DNA of 64,000 nt from Octopus vulgaris (GCA_951406725.2 OX597820.1:127472001-127536000), one strand, 5' to 3'; positions 1 through 14,526 are shown, counted from the first letter of the stretch. The notes: generated by a model not told the origin, from the letters alone. Translations and numbers: made by a program.

Positions 1-2788
1 TTATATATAAATATATACACCAGAACAGTGTGTATGTGTCGATTAAATCCATGTATCTTTACAGCGCTAATATTCTATGTTTGTGTGTGTGTCAAATTTC
101 GACAGGCACACACACACACACACATATATATATATACTTTCTCATATGATACCACACAATCTTCATATAAATTTTTCATATAAATCACTTTACCGAAAGT
201 AACTGTATCTACCCTTATAAGCATCGTCGACTGGGTTTTTAAATTCGCTTTCGATAACATCTATTTATTTCTTCTAGACTTCTCCTTAACCGTAACCAAG
301 CTTCGAATATGTCTCTCTAGGGAATAATATATATATACGTGTGTTAGTGTGTGCGTATGCATTTAATTATGTTTTGATTTCTATGCAGTTTTGGTCGAAG
401 AATTCTTTGTTTCATTCCCATCTGCAAATCTTCCGTCGTTTCAATTCTTCACTACATTACTGCTGCTTTCCGGAATGGAGTTCTGCTAGAATCTCTCCAT
501 CGCACTCGTCGTCGCGTGATTCTTTGTTGATCTGTTCCTGTTTTACCGGAGGCTTCTCTAACAACAAGAGTTCATCTCAAAATTTATCTCACTTTTACTT
601 TTACTTTCAGTTAACATCATTTATCTGGTCTGAATACTTAAATCGAGAAATTCGTTTTTCTTTTTTGTTTTATTCCGTGAGAACATTGTCAAAACACCCA
701 GTTATATATTTCCCCCAATGTCTACCATTTCCAACCACTTCTTATATTTCTTGTAAAGGCAGCACGTTTTTTTTTCTTTCTTTAAAAGTCGATAAAGTTT
801 TATGGATAAAAATAAGTTGACAAAATATTTAACAATATGAGAGCCATACAAAGAAATGTGAAAAATTTATAAGGTAATAATTTCAGTGAAAATTTAAAGC
901 TAAAAGGGGAAAAAAATAAAAGAACTGTGATTAGCTTCGAACCCAAATTGTCAGTTTCCATTATTTAACAATTTCGCACGTTCTTTCTTTTGTTTCAGCA
1001 AAAGTGATTTTGAAGCTCATGAGAGAAAACCTTAATCGAACAATTGAACATATTTTATCGATCGAGCTGTTCCTTTTAATTAATGATTTCTGATTTAACC
1101 CAAATCCTTTTTAAAATTATATTTTAATCCAGTAAATTAAAAACTAATAATCAATTCCTGTGAAACATCACAGGGAAACGTTGATTACTTTCGATACGAA
1201 CTAAAAATACATCAAAATACATTTTCTTCTTAAAGCATAAACTATTTTCTAAATTCTATTTCTCCAGATTTTCCTCTCGCTTCTCTCTCGATTTGTTATT
1301 AAAGTGTCAATTTTATGAACATTTTCTTTGCCTCGTAATTGTTATGGTGTTAGCCAAACGAAGAAGCAACGTTCATAATTAATGCTATTATTTTTACCTG
1401 CTAAATTTACAAAACAAGTAACAATTAAGTAATTAAATCGCGCCCATTCTTGTTTCATTATATTAAGTATATAATTATTTTTCTTCTATATTATTGAAAC
1501 TATTAAAATATAGAGAAAAAAATCGCAAAACAGCATATTTTGATTAATAAAAACAGGATTTTGTATTTTAGATTTTATTCTGAGATTAAATTACTTCTTG
1601 AGTGTTGTAGTGTGTAGATGCATTATTATAAAAGTAAAAACCTGATGATTTTTTCCTTTTAGTTTTGATTATTATTTGATAATTGTTTTAAAACATTCCG
1701 AACATCAAAGATTTTTCTTTTGAACAAATTTCTTTTCTAAATTCCGGCCACGGCGGAGAATGGTTTTTTTTTATTTTGTTAGTGATTTTAAAAAATTAAA
1801 GCCAAACCATTATTTCTAATGTAGCTCACTCATAGAATTAACAATCTGTGTTTTTACCCGAAAATCATGATTAACAAAGGGAACTCCATTTATTCGCCCT
1901 ACAACCATCCTTTAACTCATCTCTCATCATTTTTCTCTTCGTTTTCCTCCGTTTTCCACGATTTACTGTGATGACTGACCTCCCCTGACTGATGTCTTGC
2001 TTTCTTCTCAGCCAAACTTCAGCTCGCTTTCTTCATGTTCTTCTTCCATTGCAACTTCCCCACTCACATCTCTACTCAATTTCTCACCGTCTCAATCTAC
2101 TTTTTGTTTAATCTACTGTTTCTTCAGTGCACCTGAGCACTGTATACAATAATTTCATTATATATATATATATATATATATATAGTAGTATTCAGGCTGT
2201 GTATAGAACAACCAAAACAGAAATTAATAAAATGAAACAGAGCTCAATATATGAATGAACACATTTGCATGCTTAGCATTTTTCAATCGGTGCAAAGTTC
2301 TGAAAGTGACGCAAAGGCTGAGAGTTTCCTGTTCGGCACTTTAGCCACTTCAATAATTTACTCAATTACTACCGATTTATATATATGAACTTAAAAAGAA
2401 ATGTTAACTTTTTTAATACGCTTAGATATCTAGATTTTGTTAAAAAGTAGAAATGTATTTGATAACGGATCAAAGCGCACACATGCTGTCCAATATAAAT
2501 GCGTTCACGTCTATCGAACCGTTCCTTATACATAGTTCTATCCAAATTGTTATTTTGAATTTTATAAAAATTGTGGTATTTTTTTCTTTTAGTCTCTCGG
2601 GGAAAATTGATAACTTACGCTTTGAAAGAAAAAAATTTAATTCGATTAGACATAATAATAATAATAATAATAGTATATTGTGATAATGAATTGGCAACGA
2701 AAATTGCATTTAATTTTAAATCAGCAAAACATTTGCCACATACAGTGCTATCTTATATATTGAGGGAGAGAAAGTTGTGTATATGATT

Positions 2789-2948
2789 GTGTATATATAT
2801 CAGTATATATATATATATATATATATATATCAGTATATATATATCAGTATATATCCATATATATATATATATATATCAGTATATATCCATATATATATAT
2901 ATATATCAGTATATATCCATATATATATATATATATATCAGTATATAT

Positions 2949-2990
<42 letters not shown>
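2789..2990. repeat. Compound minisatellite (TA)n-TCAGTATATATCCA
   Basis: Repeated TCAGTATATAT(CCA) motif separated by variable (TA)n. Confidence 0.85.
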
Positions 2991-3348
2991 ATATATGTAT
3001 ATATACATGTCAGGAGAACCGAGATTTACTTATCCAGGCTTTATTATACAGTTAATCACATCATTCATTGTCAGTACCCACACGTGTTTCTGCTGCAAAG
3101 CCTGAATATGTCAATCTCTGTTCTCCTGATATTAATTTATTATTTCTCCTCTATCGTCACTATGCACTCTTTATAAAGACATTTGGATTTACCAAAGTGA
3201 GGATTTACTGAATATAGTAAATTCAAATAACTGAAGTTCATATACATTCACTGAAGGTAGCCAGCATTGTCATCCGATAACAGTTAATTGTTAACTGACA
3301 CTTTTATACAACTTCCTATTATGGTCTTAAGTCCATAATAGTGAGCTG

Positions 3349-3492
3349 TCATCATCATCATCATCTACATAGCTTTCCATGCTAGCATGGGTCGGACGAT
3401 TTTGACTGAGGGCTGGTGAGCCAGATGGCTGCACCAGGCTCCAATCTTGATCTGGCAGAGTTTCTACAGCTGGATGTCCTTCCTAACGCCAA
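3349..3492 (-). mobile_element. Short retroposed 3' end of the RTE-like family seen at 22283-23710, (GAT)n tail
   Basis: TTTCCATGCTAGCATGGG...TTTCTACAGCTGGATGTCCTTCCTAACGCCAA after (CAT)n; same sequence at 22283, 27150, 28850, 29412, 47343. Confidence 0.8.
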
Positions 3493-3577
3493 ACGCTGTA
3501 TAAAATTGTAAAAGAAGAGGAAATACATTTTGAGGATGAACAAGTCTCCATATTCTATATCGTCATTATAATTGTTG

Positions 3578-3668
<91 letters not shown>

Positions 3669-4044
3669 ATCACTTGTTTCAGTGATTGGACAGTGGTCAT
3701 GCTGGGACTGCAGAAGTTAAGGTAGTGTCATATATTTATTGATATGCAGATATAAAATGTCTTCAAATTTTAGCAAAGAAATCATCATCATCATCATTTA
3801 ACATTCACTTGATCATGATGCTTGCAAGGATCAGAATTTGTTGAGACAGATTTTCTACAGTTAGGTGTCCTTCCTGTCGCCAACCTTCACATGTTTCCAT
3901 GCAAGGTAATATTTCCAACAGCCTGACATGTTTTTCACAGAAGACTGGAAATGAGCAATTTTGCTTGTATGATGATGACGATGCTCATTTACAACCATCA
4001 AGTGATGTCTAGACTAAGGTGCACTCAGACACACTCACTCACAC

Positions 4045-4320
4045 ATTCATTCATTCATTGTTCGACCGTGGTCGGGACAATGGAATTTACTATGTTACGC
4101 CAGACTTCATGGTCCTTCATACCATTATGGAGGTCCTGTTGCTGGATGCCTGTATCCCTGGAGATTACATCAGGGTAGGAGAGTGTGCACCCTCTGGTAT
4201 CACGAGCAGATGGCTTCCAGAGGAGAAGAGTAAAAATTACCTCGTTTTCAGCTCTACAACAATGTCCAGCAAACTGGACTCTTCTACTTTTCACAAGAGA
4301 TGATACAGGTGGTAACTTCC
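4045..4320 (-). mobile_element. RTE-clade LINE 3' fragment
   Basis: SRRVQFAGHCCR...LLWKP...MKDHEVWRNIV matches the RTE ORF C-terminus; followed by a (TGAA)n tail. Confidence 0.8.
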
Positions 4321-4489
4321 TATATATTTGTACTTTGGTACACACACTTACATAGAGAAATATATAGAGATAAAACAAATGAAACCTCTTGGCTAGACAT
4401 ACAAACTATACATATCCATATCCATATATATATATATATATACATGTAAATAGAGGAAACAAAAACTGAAAATATGCAGATGATGAATA

Positions 4490-4561
4490 TTCATATATAA
4501 TGGACTCTTCATATATAATGGACTCTTCATATATAATGGACTCTTCATATATAATGGACTC
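4490..4561. repeat. 18-bp tandem repeat x4 (TTCATATATAATGGACTC)
   Basis: Four perfect adjacent copies. Confidence 0.95.
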
Positions 4562-5090
4562 TCTCATTGAAGATGATGTATGAGTGTTCAGCTTTCAGCC
4601 AAACAACCTCTATAAATGATTTGTTTAGAGGGACCAAATGCATGTGCTGGACATTAGCTCACTCCCACCTCCATCCAATTGCTGTCACCTGAACAGGTTC
4701 ATGGTGTAGCACATGTCAGGTGTCAAAGTGATCACAGAGTGATGTGAGATGAAGTGTTTTGGTGAAGAACACAGCGCACCACCGGGTCTAGGAACTGAAA
4801 CCATGATCTCACAGTTGTGAGTACAAAACCTTACCACAAAGCCATGCATCCTCATTCATATGCAAATATAAAGATATTTATATATCCACTGAGCAAACTT
4901 ACATAGAAGTACAATGACGCAGAAAATTAAGGGGAGAAGCTATGGTTTACACACACACACACGTGTAAGTGTGTAAGTGGGAGTGATCACGAGCAATAGT
5001 TGTTTCTGGAGGCTTGGAATTACTTCATAAAGGTGTTGGATGTAGTTCACAAAAAGTCATGGGTATGGAGCAAGTAATGGAAGCATAATC

Positions 5091-5510
5091 TCTTTTACTC
5101 TTTTACTTGTTTCAGTCATTTGACTGCGGCCATGCTGGAGCACCACCTTTAGTCGAGCAAATCGACCCCGAGACTTATTCTTTGTAATCCCAGTACTTAT
5201 TCTATCAGTCTCCTTTGCCGAACTGCTAAGTGACGGGGACGTAAACACACCAGCATCGGTTGTCAAGCAATGCTAGGGGGACAAACACAAACACACAAAC
5301 ACAGACACACAAACACACACATATATATATATATATATATACATATATACAACAGGCTTCTTTCAGTTTCCATCTACCAAATCCACTCACAAGGCATTGG
5401 TCGGCCCGGGGCTATAGCAGAAGACACTTGCCCAAGGTGCCACGCAGTGGGACTGAACCCAGAACCATGTGGTTGGTTAGCAAGCTACTTACCACACAGC
5501 CACTCCTGCG
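5091..5510 (-). mobile_element. Full-length tRNA-derived SINE (octopus OR-like) with internal (TA/CA)n
   Basis: Head with A box TGGCTGTGTGG and B box GGTTCAGTCCC; tail CCAGCATGGCCGCAGTCAAATGACTGAAACAAGTAAAAGAG; many copies in the window. Confidence 0.88.
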
Positions 5511-6229
5511 ATAAACGATAGGTAAAAATCCAGCCTCTGTTTTCAGGATGGAGAGATGATAACATGGACTTCTTTCAATTTTCATCTAACAAGTTTACTT
5601 ACAACGTTTTGGTCAGCCTGGGGCTAGAGTATAGGATATTTGCCCCAGGATGCCATGCAGTAAGACTGAACACAAGACCACAGGCTAGTGTGGTTCTCAA
5701 TGCCTTCCACCTTCACAGCCTAAGACAGATTCTGAACATCAAATAAACTGACTGAGTCATCAACAATGAAGTTGTGACTTGCATGCCTCTTTATCCGATT
5801 GCAACAATGACGTATGTCTGATGGAAAGATCTCTGCTGCCAGACAGAGGATGACAGTAATATTTGTTTAGAAGATGTCTGTAACATGAGATCTCTTTACA
5901 TGAATGTTGAAAGATAGGAGGCTGTTGTTGATGAACACTCCCACTTGTGTATGTGTATACAAATATAGGTATATATATGTGTATATGCAGCATATATATA
6001 CATGTGTCTACATATACATACATACAAGCACACACACACAACACTCACACATAGCACACACACACATGCATATATATATGTATCTATGCATATGTATTCT
6101 TTTATTTTTCCCTTGTTTCAGTCTATAAACTGTGGCCATGCTGTGGCATTGCCATTAGTGTTGCTAAACTTTTACAGAGACTCCTTCTGTAGTTGGCATT
6201 AGTGAATGAGGGAGTTCAAAGTTACTGCC

Positions 6230-7990
6230 CTTAGTTGTGCTTCATGTTGTGGAGTAGATTCTTCAAGAATTCTACGTGGTTGAAGGTCCTTGTATTTTGA
6301 AGACATCTCCAGGGTAGGATATTGAAAAATAATGGGCTTTTGAACTCTAAGCTGTTGCAGTACTTTGTTGTAAATCTGGATGGTGAAGACAGGATGTGTT
6401 AGTACAATGCAGTGGTGCCCTGTTGGAAGATTAGTATAGCTTTCAGTGCCCTAGTTTGGTGCAAATCCTTCCAGGAGTCTCCAGACATATTTTACAGCAT
6501 ATCTTTCCTGTTTTCATTCGATTAGAATGGAGCCTTAAACTTTTCAACCTTCCTCAATAGCTGATCTGTTGCATTGAGGCAATCACTTTTGCATAGCAGC
6601 ATTGGATTGCTTCAAGATCCACCATTAATTTAGCACTATGTGGTGACCACAATTGGGAGCAATAATTTAGATGGCTAAGAGCAAATGCCTTCCAAGAAAT
6701 CACCATGGTTTCCTGCCATCCTTTTCTGAAAGTTCTTAGAATCCATCCAGCTAGTTTATATTACATTGCTGTCTTAGCACAGTTGCATCCCTACCTATGT
6801 TTATGTCCAAGTCACAGACTGACCCTGACTCTGCCTCTGCAGTCCCACCTGCTTCACACTATTTTCTGTGCATTACATTTAACTCTGTTCTGATTGCAGA
6901 AAACTTGTAATTTTTCAGCTTTAAACTGCACATTATTTTCTTCAGCCCACTTATAAATAACATTTAAGATACATTGCAGGTGCATAGCATCTCCATGGTT
7001 ATTACTTATAACACTTTTGTATCATCTGTTTAGCTAGTGAGGCTGGTTGTCTGTATAACTGAGGATGTGTCTGACAAAGCCGTAATGAACACCAAGACAG
7101 CATCTTGTGGGACTCCACTCATTATCTTTGTTTCCTGGGATATGGCTCTGATGGCTATTAGTGCCTGATTTCTCTCTTTTAAAAAGTCATGCAGCTAATC
7201 TTTCAGTTTTCTGATTATAACAAGATCATGCAAGTATCAGGAATAGATCCCTGGACAATTCTAAATGACCATGGGATTACACCTAGAAAGTTCTCCTCCA
7301 AGGCACAAGTCTGGGCAAGGTTTATGGAAGACCAGCAGTCGCCCATGCGTACTCCTCTCCACATCACTGATGTTATCCAAGGAAAAGGCAAAAGTCAATA
7401 CAGCTTCCCACCAATGATGTCGCAACTCATTTCTATAGCTGAGTGAACTGGAGCAATGTGAAATAAAGTGTCTTGCTCAAGAACACAACACACAACCCGG
7501 TCCAGGAATTGAACTCACTACCTCATGATTGTGAGCCTGGCACTCTAACCACTGAGCTGTGCACCTTCACAAGATCATGCAGCTTGTAACATATCCTTCC
7601 ATGATGGACTTTAATGATGGCTCTTGCAAAATCAAGATCTATCAAATCCACATTTTTGTGGTTGAGTAACTATTTCAACACCTAGTCATAATGTGGTACA
7701 AGCTGTGGCTTCTTCTTTGTTCTAAACCATACAAGGGGTTAGTTACCAAGTCATTTTCTTCAAGGCATGTAATTAGTTTCTTTTTGGCAATTTATTACAT
7801 TGCTTTCCTGATGTCTGAGGCCAGAGAAATAGTCTGATAGTTTTGAGCACTGACTCTGCTTCCATATTTATGGGACATATGCCTGGAAGTTTGCCGCTTG
7901 AAGGAAGGTCTGAAAGAGAGACTTCATTGTTATATATTTTACAAGAATTGCTAGGAATCCTTGTTACACATTTTTAGGATTGCTAGGAAT
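6230..7990 (-). pseudogene. Old, degraded CR1-group LINE RT region, interrupted by a SINE
   Basis: Minus-strand remnants such as IYKWAEENNVQFKAEK (~6910-6960) match the CR1 copies at 17022 and 19477; many stops and frameshifts. Confidence 0.75.
7233..7568 (-). mobile_element. tRNA-derived SINE inserted in the CR1 remnant
   Basis: tRNA-like head at the right end; 13-bp TSD ACAAGATCATGCA at 7220-7232 and 7569-7581. Confidence 0.85.
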
Positions 7991-8020
7991 CCTTCAGGGC
8001 CAGTCACTGAGTTCATATAT

Positions 8021-8055
<35 letters not shown>

Positions 8056-8057
<2 letters not shown>

Positions 8058-8415
8058 CACTGGTGTGACTGTGTGGTAAGAAGCTTGCTTCCCAACCACA
8101 TGGTTCTGGGTTCGGTCCCACTGCATGGCATCTTGGATAAATGTCTTCTACTATAGCCTCGGGTCGACCAAAGCCCTGCAAGTGGGAAAAAGCTCATTAT
8201 ATATATGTGTATGTGAGTGTATCTTTGTGTTTGTCCTCCATCATCGCTTGACAACCAGACCAATGTTGGTGTAATAATGTCCCCATAGCTTAGCAGTTTA
8301 GCAAAGAGACCAATAGAATAAGTACTAGGTTAAAAAAAATAATTCCTGGGGTCAAATTGTTCAAAACATTTCAAGGCAGTGCTACAGCATGGCCGCAATC
8401 CTATGACTGATACTG
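8056..8415 (+). mobile_element. tRNA-derived SINE (same family as 5091-5510)
   Basis: GTGTGGTAAGAAGCTTGCTTCCCAACCACATGGTTCTGGGTTCGGTCCC head and CAGCATGGCCGCAATC tail. Confidence 0.82.
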
Positions 8416-8636
8416 AAATTTGATGATGTTTTTTTTTTATGTCTCCTTTCTTCAGGAAGAGCTTGATGTATTGGTGAAGAGTCAATGAGATTTGGAGAGC
8501 ATAAAGATTAAAGTTGTAGCTGAGAAAAAGATTAACTGATGGAGAAGAGTGGAATCTGTCAGAATATTAGGAAAGTGTTACCTGTATCGTGAGGATTTGC
8601 ATTGGATATCAAAGTGTGAAAACCATAGCTGCTGCT

Positions 8637-9040
8637 GCTTGTTTGTTTGTTGAGCGAAGCAGTCTTCGTCCCAGAGCTCGCAAGATTGCGCCTCTGTAGT
8701 GGGAGAAGTCCGAAACATGGTCCTTTGCTATTTGTAAGACCCGCAGAAGAGAAAGCAGGTCAACCCCTGACACCGAGAGCATCGACGGATGGATGAATGA
8801 ATGCGCATCAAGGCTCAGCGGTTGCATAGGAAGTCAGGGACAAGAAACAGGAAGAAAGAGTGAGAGAAAGTTGGAGCAAAAGAGTACAACAGGGGTCGCC
8901 ACCCCCAACCCCCTGCCAGAGCCTCGTGGAGCTTTAGGTGTTTTCACTCAATAAATACGCACAATGCCCGGTCTGGGAGTTGAAACCGCGATCCTCCGAC
9001 CGCGAGTCCGCTGCCCTAACCATTGGGCCATTGTGACTCC
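8637..9040 (-). mobile_element. tRNA-derived SINE with (AAAC)n tail
   Basis: Head TGGCCCAATGGTTAGGGCAGCGGACTCGCGGTC...GGTTTCAACTCCC; 15-bp TSD ACCATAGCTGCTGCT at 8622-8636 and 9041-9055. Confidence 0.85.
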
Positions 9041-9099
9041 ACCATAGCTGCTGCTCAGTTCTCTGTGAACATTGTAAAAGTTTTAAGAGATGATATGGA

Positions 9100-9470
9100 T
9101 GTCATGGAAACTTAGTTTTCCCAAACTGTGATGGTCTTTGGGTATGTCTCCAGTGAGGGTAGCATCATACTCCTCCAAATCTTTGGTCAAGACCTTAGGT
9201 TCAATCCAGACAGATTTGTGAAGCTGCAGAAGATTGTGTCATCTAACACTGGCTGGAGAGGATTGCTGCTGGGTGGTCATATGCATAGCAATGGGATTTA
9301 GTTCCTTGCTGTATCTCCAGAGAGGCAGAAGTGGTTATCAGGAGGATTTCTTTGACTTCACTAACCCCAATTTCTGGTCTCCTAATTCTTCCAGTTATGT
9401 GTGGGGCATGGTTGGAAATGACACCAACCAACCTCTCTGCCTGCAACATCAAGACTGAGCTGGTGAGTTA
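9100..9470 (+). pseudogene. Degraded Tc1/mariner (maT-like) transposase fragment
   Basis: VMVFGYVSSEG and FTNPNFWSPNS align by eye with IMVSGVITTDG and ITPNIWPPNS at 35676-36107. Confidence 0.6.
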
Positions 9471-9842
9471 TTGCAAGGAGAAATAACTCATCCCGCATTG
9501 AATTCAGGAGTGGTAGATACTGATATTTTGCTATTATTGTGGCTCGTCAAAACTATGCACCTGAATTGAACAGAAACTGATCACTCCCCTTGTCTATGAC
9601 TTATATAGAAATAGTGTGAAAGCTATTTGCTGATGTACCATGGCTAAGCACATGTGAAAGTCAATGAAATTATGAATGTAGAACAATTCTGGTCATTTAA
9701 ACATTATTGATCACACATACATAGTGTATGTGTTTTGTTTATAAGCCAATTTGCTGCAAGGTAGCATCTGGGATAACTCCCTGAACAATGCTGAGTGTTG
9801 AAGAACACCTGAATGTTGATAATATTTACATTACCAGAGCTG

Positions 9843-10174
9843 TGTGAAGGCGCGCTGTTTAGTGATTAGGGTGTTCGGTTCATGATTGCAAGGTTGTGAG
9901 TTCAATTCCTGGCAACACATTGTGTCCTTGAACAAGACCCTGAATTTCGTGTTTCTCCAGTTCACTCAATTGTCAAAAATGTGTAGTTCCTGTATTTCAA
10001 AGGGCCAGCCTTGTCACACTCTGTGTCACATGCTGAATCTCCCTGAGAACTACATTAAAGGTACACATGTCTGTGGAGTGCCCAGCCATATGTACGTTTA
10101 TTTCACGAGCGGGCTATTCTGTTGATTGGATCAACTGGAACCCTCGTTATCGTTAGCGACAGAGTGCCAGTTAG
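9843..10174 (+). mobile_element. tRNA-derived SINE
   Basis: tRNA-like head; 12-bp TSD TTACCAGAGCTG at 9831-9842 and 10175-10186. Confidence 0.82.
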
Positions 10175-10766
10175 TTACCAGAGCTGCTATAGTTAATTTG
10201 TAATTTAATTGACTTTCACATGTGCTTAGCTGTGGCACATCAGCAGAGGGATTCGCTCTATTTCTCTATAAGTCATAGACAAGGGGAGTGATTTTGTTTC
10301 AGTTTGATTCGGGTGCATGGCAAAATATTGGTAACTACCACTTCTGAATTCAATCTGGAGCGAGCTATGTCACTTGGTATATGACATTCAGGTGTTCTTT
10401 AACACTCAGAATTGTCCATATATATATATATATAAATTAGAAAAAAACCCACCTTGTATCAATTCAATGATGAAAATTTAAATTATTCCATTTAGAAAGA
10501 TTACATATAATAGAAAGATTAAATATAAGATAAAACATATAACAAGGATTAAGTAATGTACAAAATAGTAAATAAAACATATATATTTGGTATATATTAG
10601 GTTTCACTTAATGTATATTTTGTATTTTATTTATATATATATATATATATATATGTTTTAAAAATTTTAACTAATTGTATCTTATTTTTTTTATTCTATA
10701 TTTTATTTAAGATATTTCGTATTTTACAAGATTATTTACGTATATTTATTAATTTATCTAATTAAT

Positions 10767-10809
<43 letters not shown>

Positions 10810-10814
10810 TATAT

Positions 10815-11088
10815 ATGTTGCGTCATAATAAAAACAAGATTTCTTTCCTGAGAGATCTTACTGCATGCAATCACGCCCTATGCATAGCATTTGTGGAAAC
10901 TCACCTCAGCCCTGATATAGAGGACGCAGAAGTACACATACCAAACTATGCCATACTGCGAACAGACAGAAGGGAAAGGAGTCATGGTGGAGTTGCTGTA
11001 TACATCCGTGATGATCTCACACCACAGGTCTTACTGTCATAATCTGTATGTGACGCTCTAATTGTATGCTTAAGACAACATAATATAG

Positions 11089-11091
<3 letters not shown>
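10815..11091 (+). pseudogene. CR1-group LINE APE endonuclease N-terminal fragment bounded by (TA)n
   Basis: IAFVETHL...IPNYAILRTDR...HGGVAVYIR APE motifs; closely similar to 19477-19690. Confidence 0.85.
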
Positions 11092-11140
<49 letters not shown>

Positions 11141-11154
11141 TTATATAGTCATAT

Positions 11155-11255
<101 letters not shown>

Positions 11256-11290
11256 ATATATATATATGACTATATATATATATATAACAA

Positions 11291-11329
<39 letters not shown>

Positions 11330-11405
11330 CAATATATGTATATATATATATATATATGCATATATATGTATAGCTATATATATGTATACATATGTATTTA
11401 TATGC

Positions 11406-11481
<76 letters not shown>

Positions 11482-11529
11482 AATAAATAAATAAATGGAG
11501 TTTAACGCAGGTATAAATCAAATATTTTT

Positions 11530-11615
11530 ACTTTCGACACCTGTTTCGAAAATTCCACTGATATTATTCAAAAGAATAAATGGTATAAACAATGCAATCT
11601 TCTCTTCAGGAAAGT
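11530..11615 (-). ncRNA. Type I hammerhead ribozyme (minimal stem III, long stem II), intact core
   Basis: Minus strand: ACTTTC-CTGAAGA-GAAGATT...AATTTTC-GAAAC-AGGT-GTC-GAAAGT; 6-bp stem I, 7-bp stem II base, GUC cleavage triplet. Confidence 0.82.
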
Positions 11616-11758
11616 GAAAAAACGAAACTCGTCAATAAAACATTTTAGCAAAAAATGATGGATATGTATAGCGATTAACTGAACGCTATTAATATTGTTT
11701 AAAAAAACGTTATATGATATAGCGTGAGAAGTAGCTTATATATATATATATATATATC

Positions 11759-12020
11759 TCACCTTGATCACATTGTCTGACCAGTCTGTCGGGCGTCCAT
11801 TTGACACCGCTGGTCACGGCACACTGTCCACTGCTCTCTGGATCAAGCCTTCCTCATCCACATGATCCTAATCCCCCTCCTAAAATCATAACTCCACTGT
11901 CGTGGAGGCCTTCTGCGTGGTTGTTTCTGCTCGCGCAGGTACCACTCAAGAACTGCTGGGTCCACCGATTTTAGGTGAGCATGGGTGGCGTCTCCAGCCA
12001 TCTAAACTGACTGCGTGTAT
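11759..12020 (-). mobile_element. RTE-like LINE 3' end
   Basis: Minus-strand NRWT...LEWYLREQKQPRRRPPRQWSYDF, typical of an RTE C-terminus; short 3' UTR. Confidence 0.7.
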
Positions 12021-12391
12021 ATTCTATGATGTCATAGAATATATATATATATATATGTATATGTATATATATATTTGTGTATATATATAAATATATATAT
12101 ATGTGTATATAATTGTGTATATATGTGTATCTATATATATGTGTATATATATATATTTATGCATGTATATGTTTATACATATATGTATGTGTGTGTATAT
12201 ATATACATGTATATATGTATGTATATATATGTATGTGTATATGTATATATTATTCTTTATTTGTACTGTTTTTTCCACTGTTTTTTCTTCATTTGTATTG
12301 CTTTTACGTCCTGTTCTTGTCACTTGTTTTTACCTCTCTGCAAAAGAAATTTATTTAATTCCTTTTGCATGAAGGACTGCTTCGGCCGGGT

Positions 12392-12454
12392 CATGTTCTG
12401 CCCTTATCTTCGAAGCACGCATTGAGTCGAACCAGGGGCAGCTGATGAAGGGGA
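12392..12454 (+). ncRNA. Degenerate permuted hammerhead motif in a (TA)n-bounded cassette
   Basis: CATGT-T-CTGCCCTT ... TCTTC-GAAGCACG ... AGGGGCAG-CTGATGA-A-GGGGA; same strand order as 24232-24297. Confidence 0.5.
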
Positions 12455-12710
12455 ATTTTCCTTGTATTGTTTGTCCTGTACTCTGTTTTTTCGTTGTTAA
12501 AAAAAGTCTGTTTCCTTGTTTGATTTTATGTTTTCGTTTCTCGTTGTGTTCTACGTTTATTTGTGGTGTCCTGTACTCATATATGCATGTATATATACAC
12601 ATAGATGTAAGTATGTTCATATATGTATGTATATATGCATATGTTTTATTTATTATATTGTTATTATATGACCGAACGCACGCGTTGTTTTCTCTTCTCC
12701 AAGTAAGTTT

Positions 12711-12765
<55 letters not shown>

Positions 12766-12766
<1 letters not shown>

Positions 12767-13068
12767 TAGCAGTATCGCCTGGCGTTGATCGGGTTTGTAA
12801 GGAAAATTACTACATAAGCGTCATTAGAGAGTTACTTCCCTTATATAATAGCAAAAAAATGCATTAAAAATGGGAAAAAATGATGGTAAATTTTGTTTTA
12901 AATCGTAGACTCATCGTAGACGCGCGCTAATACCCAGAAGGGCTTGATATCAATCATGACTATAAGATACCCGCTTTTGGTTAAACTGCACCGCAAAATT
13001 TGGGAGTAGTTAGGAATCTAAATCGGAGTAGACAGACTCTCACACAACTTCACTTTTATATATAAAGA
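12766..13068 (-). mobile_element. Non-autonomous Helitron
   Basis: Minus strand starts TC(TTTATATATAAAA), ends with GC-rich imperfect hairpin CCCGATCAACGCCAGG then CTAG, inserted between A and T, no TSD. Confidence 0.78.
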
Positions 13069-13254
13069 TATATAAATATTTAAAAAAAAATTATAATAAA
13101 GGGTTAATTGCAACATACCGAAAATATTAGAAATGGCAGCCAAATAGGTCACTATTTCTCCTACTAGTAAAAAGGTCTCCACAAACAAACAGAATTTGCA
13201 ACCCGTATATGGTAAAGAGAAAGAAAATAATGAAATCACAGCCTATTTGGATTA

Positions 13255-13315
13255 ATTATAGACGAAAATTCGTTTCTGGATTAGAACCAGAAGTTCATTT
13301 CCTTGTCAATATAAT
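13255..13315 (-). ncRNA. Degenerate type I hammerhead
   Basis: ATTATA-TTGACAA-GGA...TCCA-GAAACGAATTTTC-GTC-TATAAT; stems I and III intact, CUGANGA mutated. Confidence 0.55.
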
Positions 13316-13406
13316 ATTTCCTATAAATCTAGAAATGCTAGGGGAAAAAGCTCACCCACTACACCGGCTCGATCAGGTGACATCGAACGATCTAATGGTC
13401 TGCCAG

Positions 13407-13587
13407 CATCTCCACATTTATATAGACAGGCGAAATCGTATCTCCCTCCAAAATTACCACATGAGTTGCAAAAACATTATCAATGAAACGAAGTTTCGCA
13501 GATTTATTGTATGGGAGTAATAGATTTATTGTATGGGAGTAATTGGAGGGAGATACGATTTCGCCTGTCTATATAAATGTGGAGATG
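13407..13587. repeat. 45-bp perfect inverted repeat enclosing a 22-bp tandem duplication
   Basis: 13407-13451 is the reverse complement of 13543-13587; AGATTTATTGTATGGGAGTAAT twice at 13500-13543. Confidence 0.9.

Positions 13588-14526
<939 letters not shown>

Noticed and set aside
75-820. Host coding exons near the window start
   Set aside because: Short protein-like stretches exist on the minus strand, but frames are interrupted by stops, splice sites are weak and no homology is recognisable.
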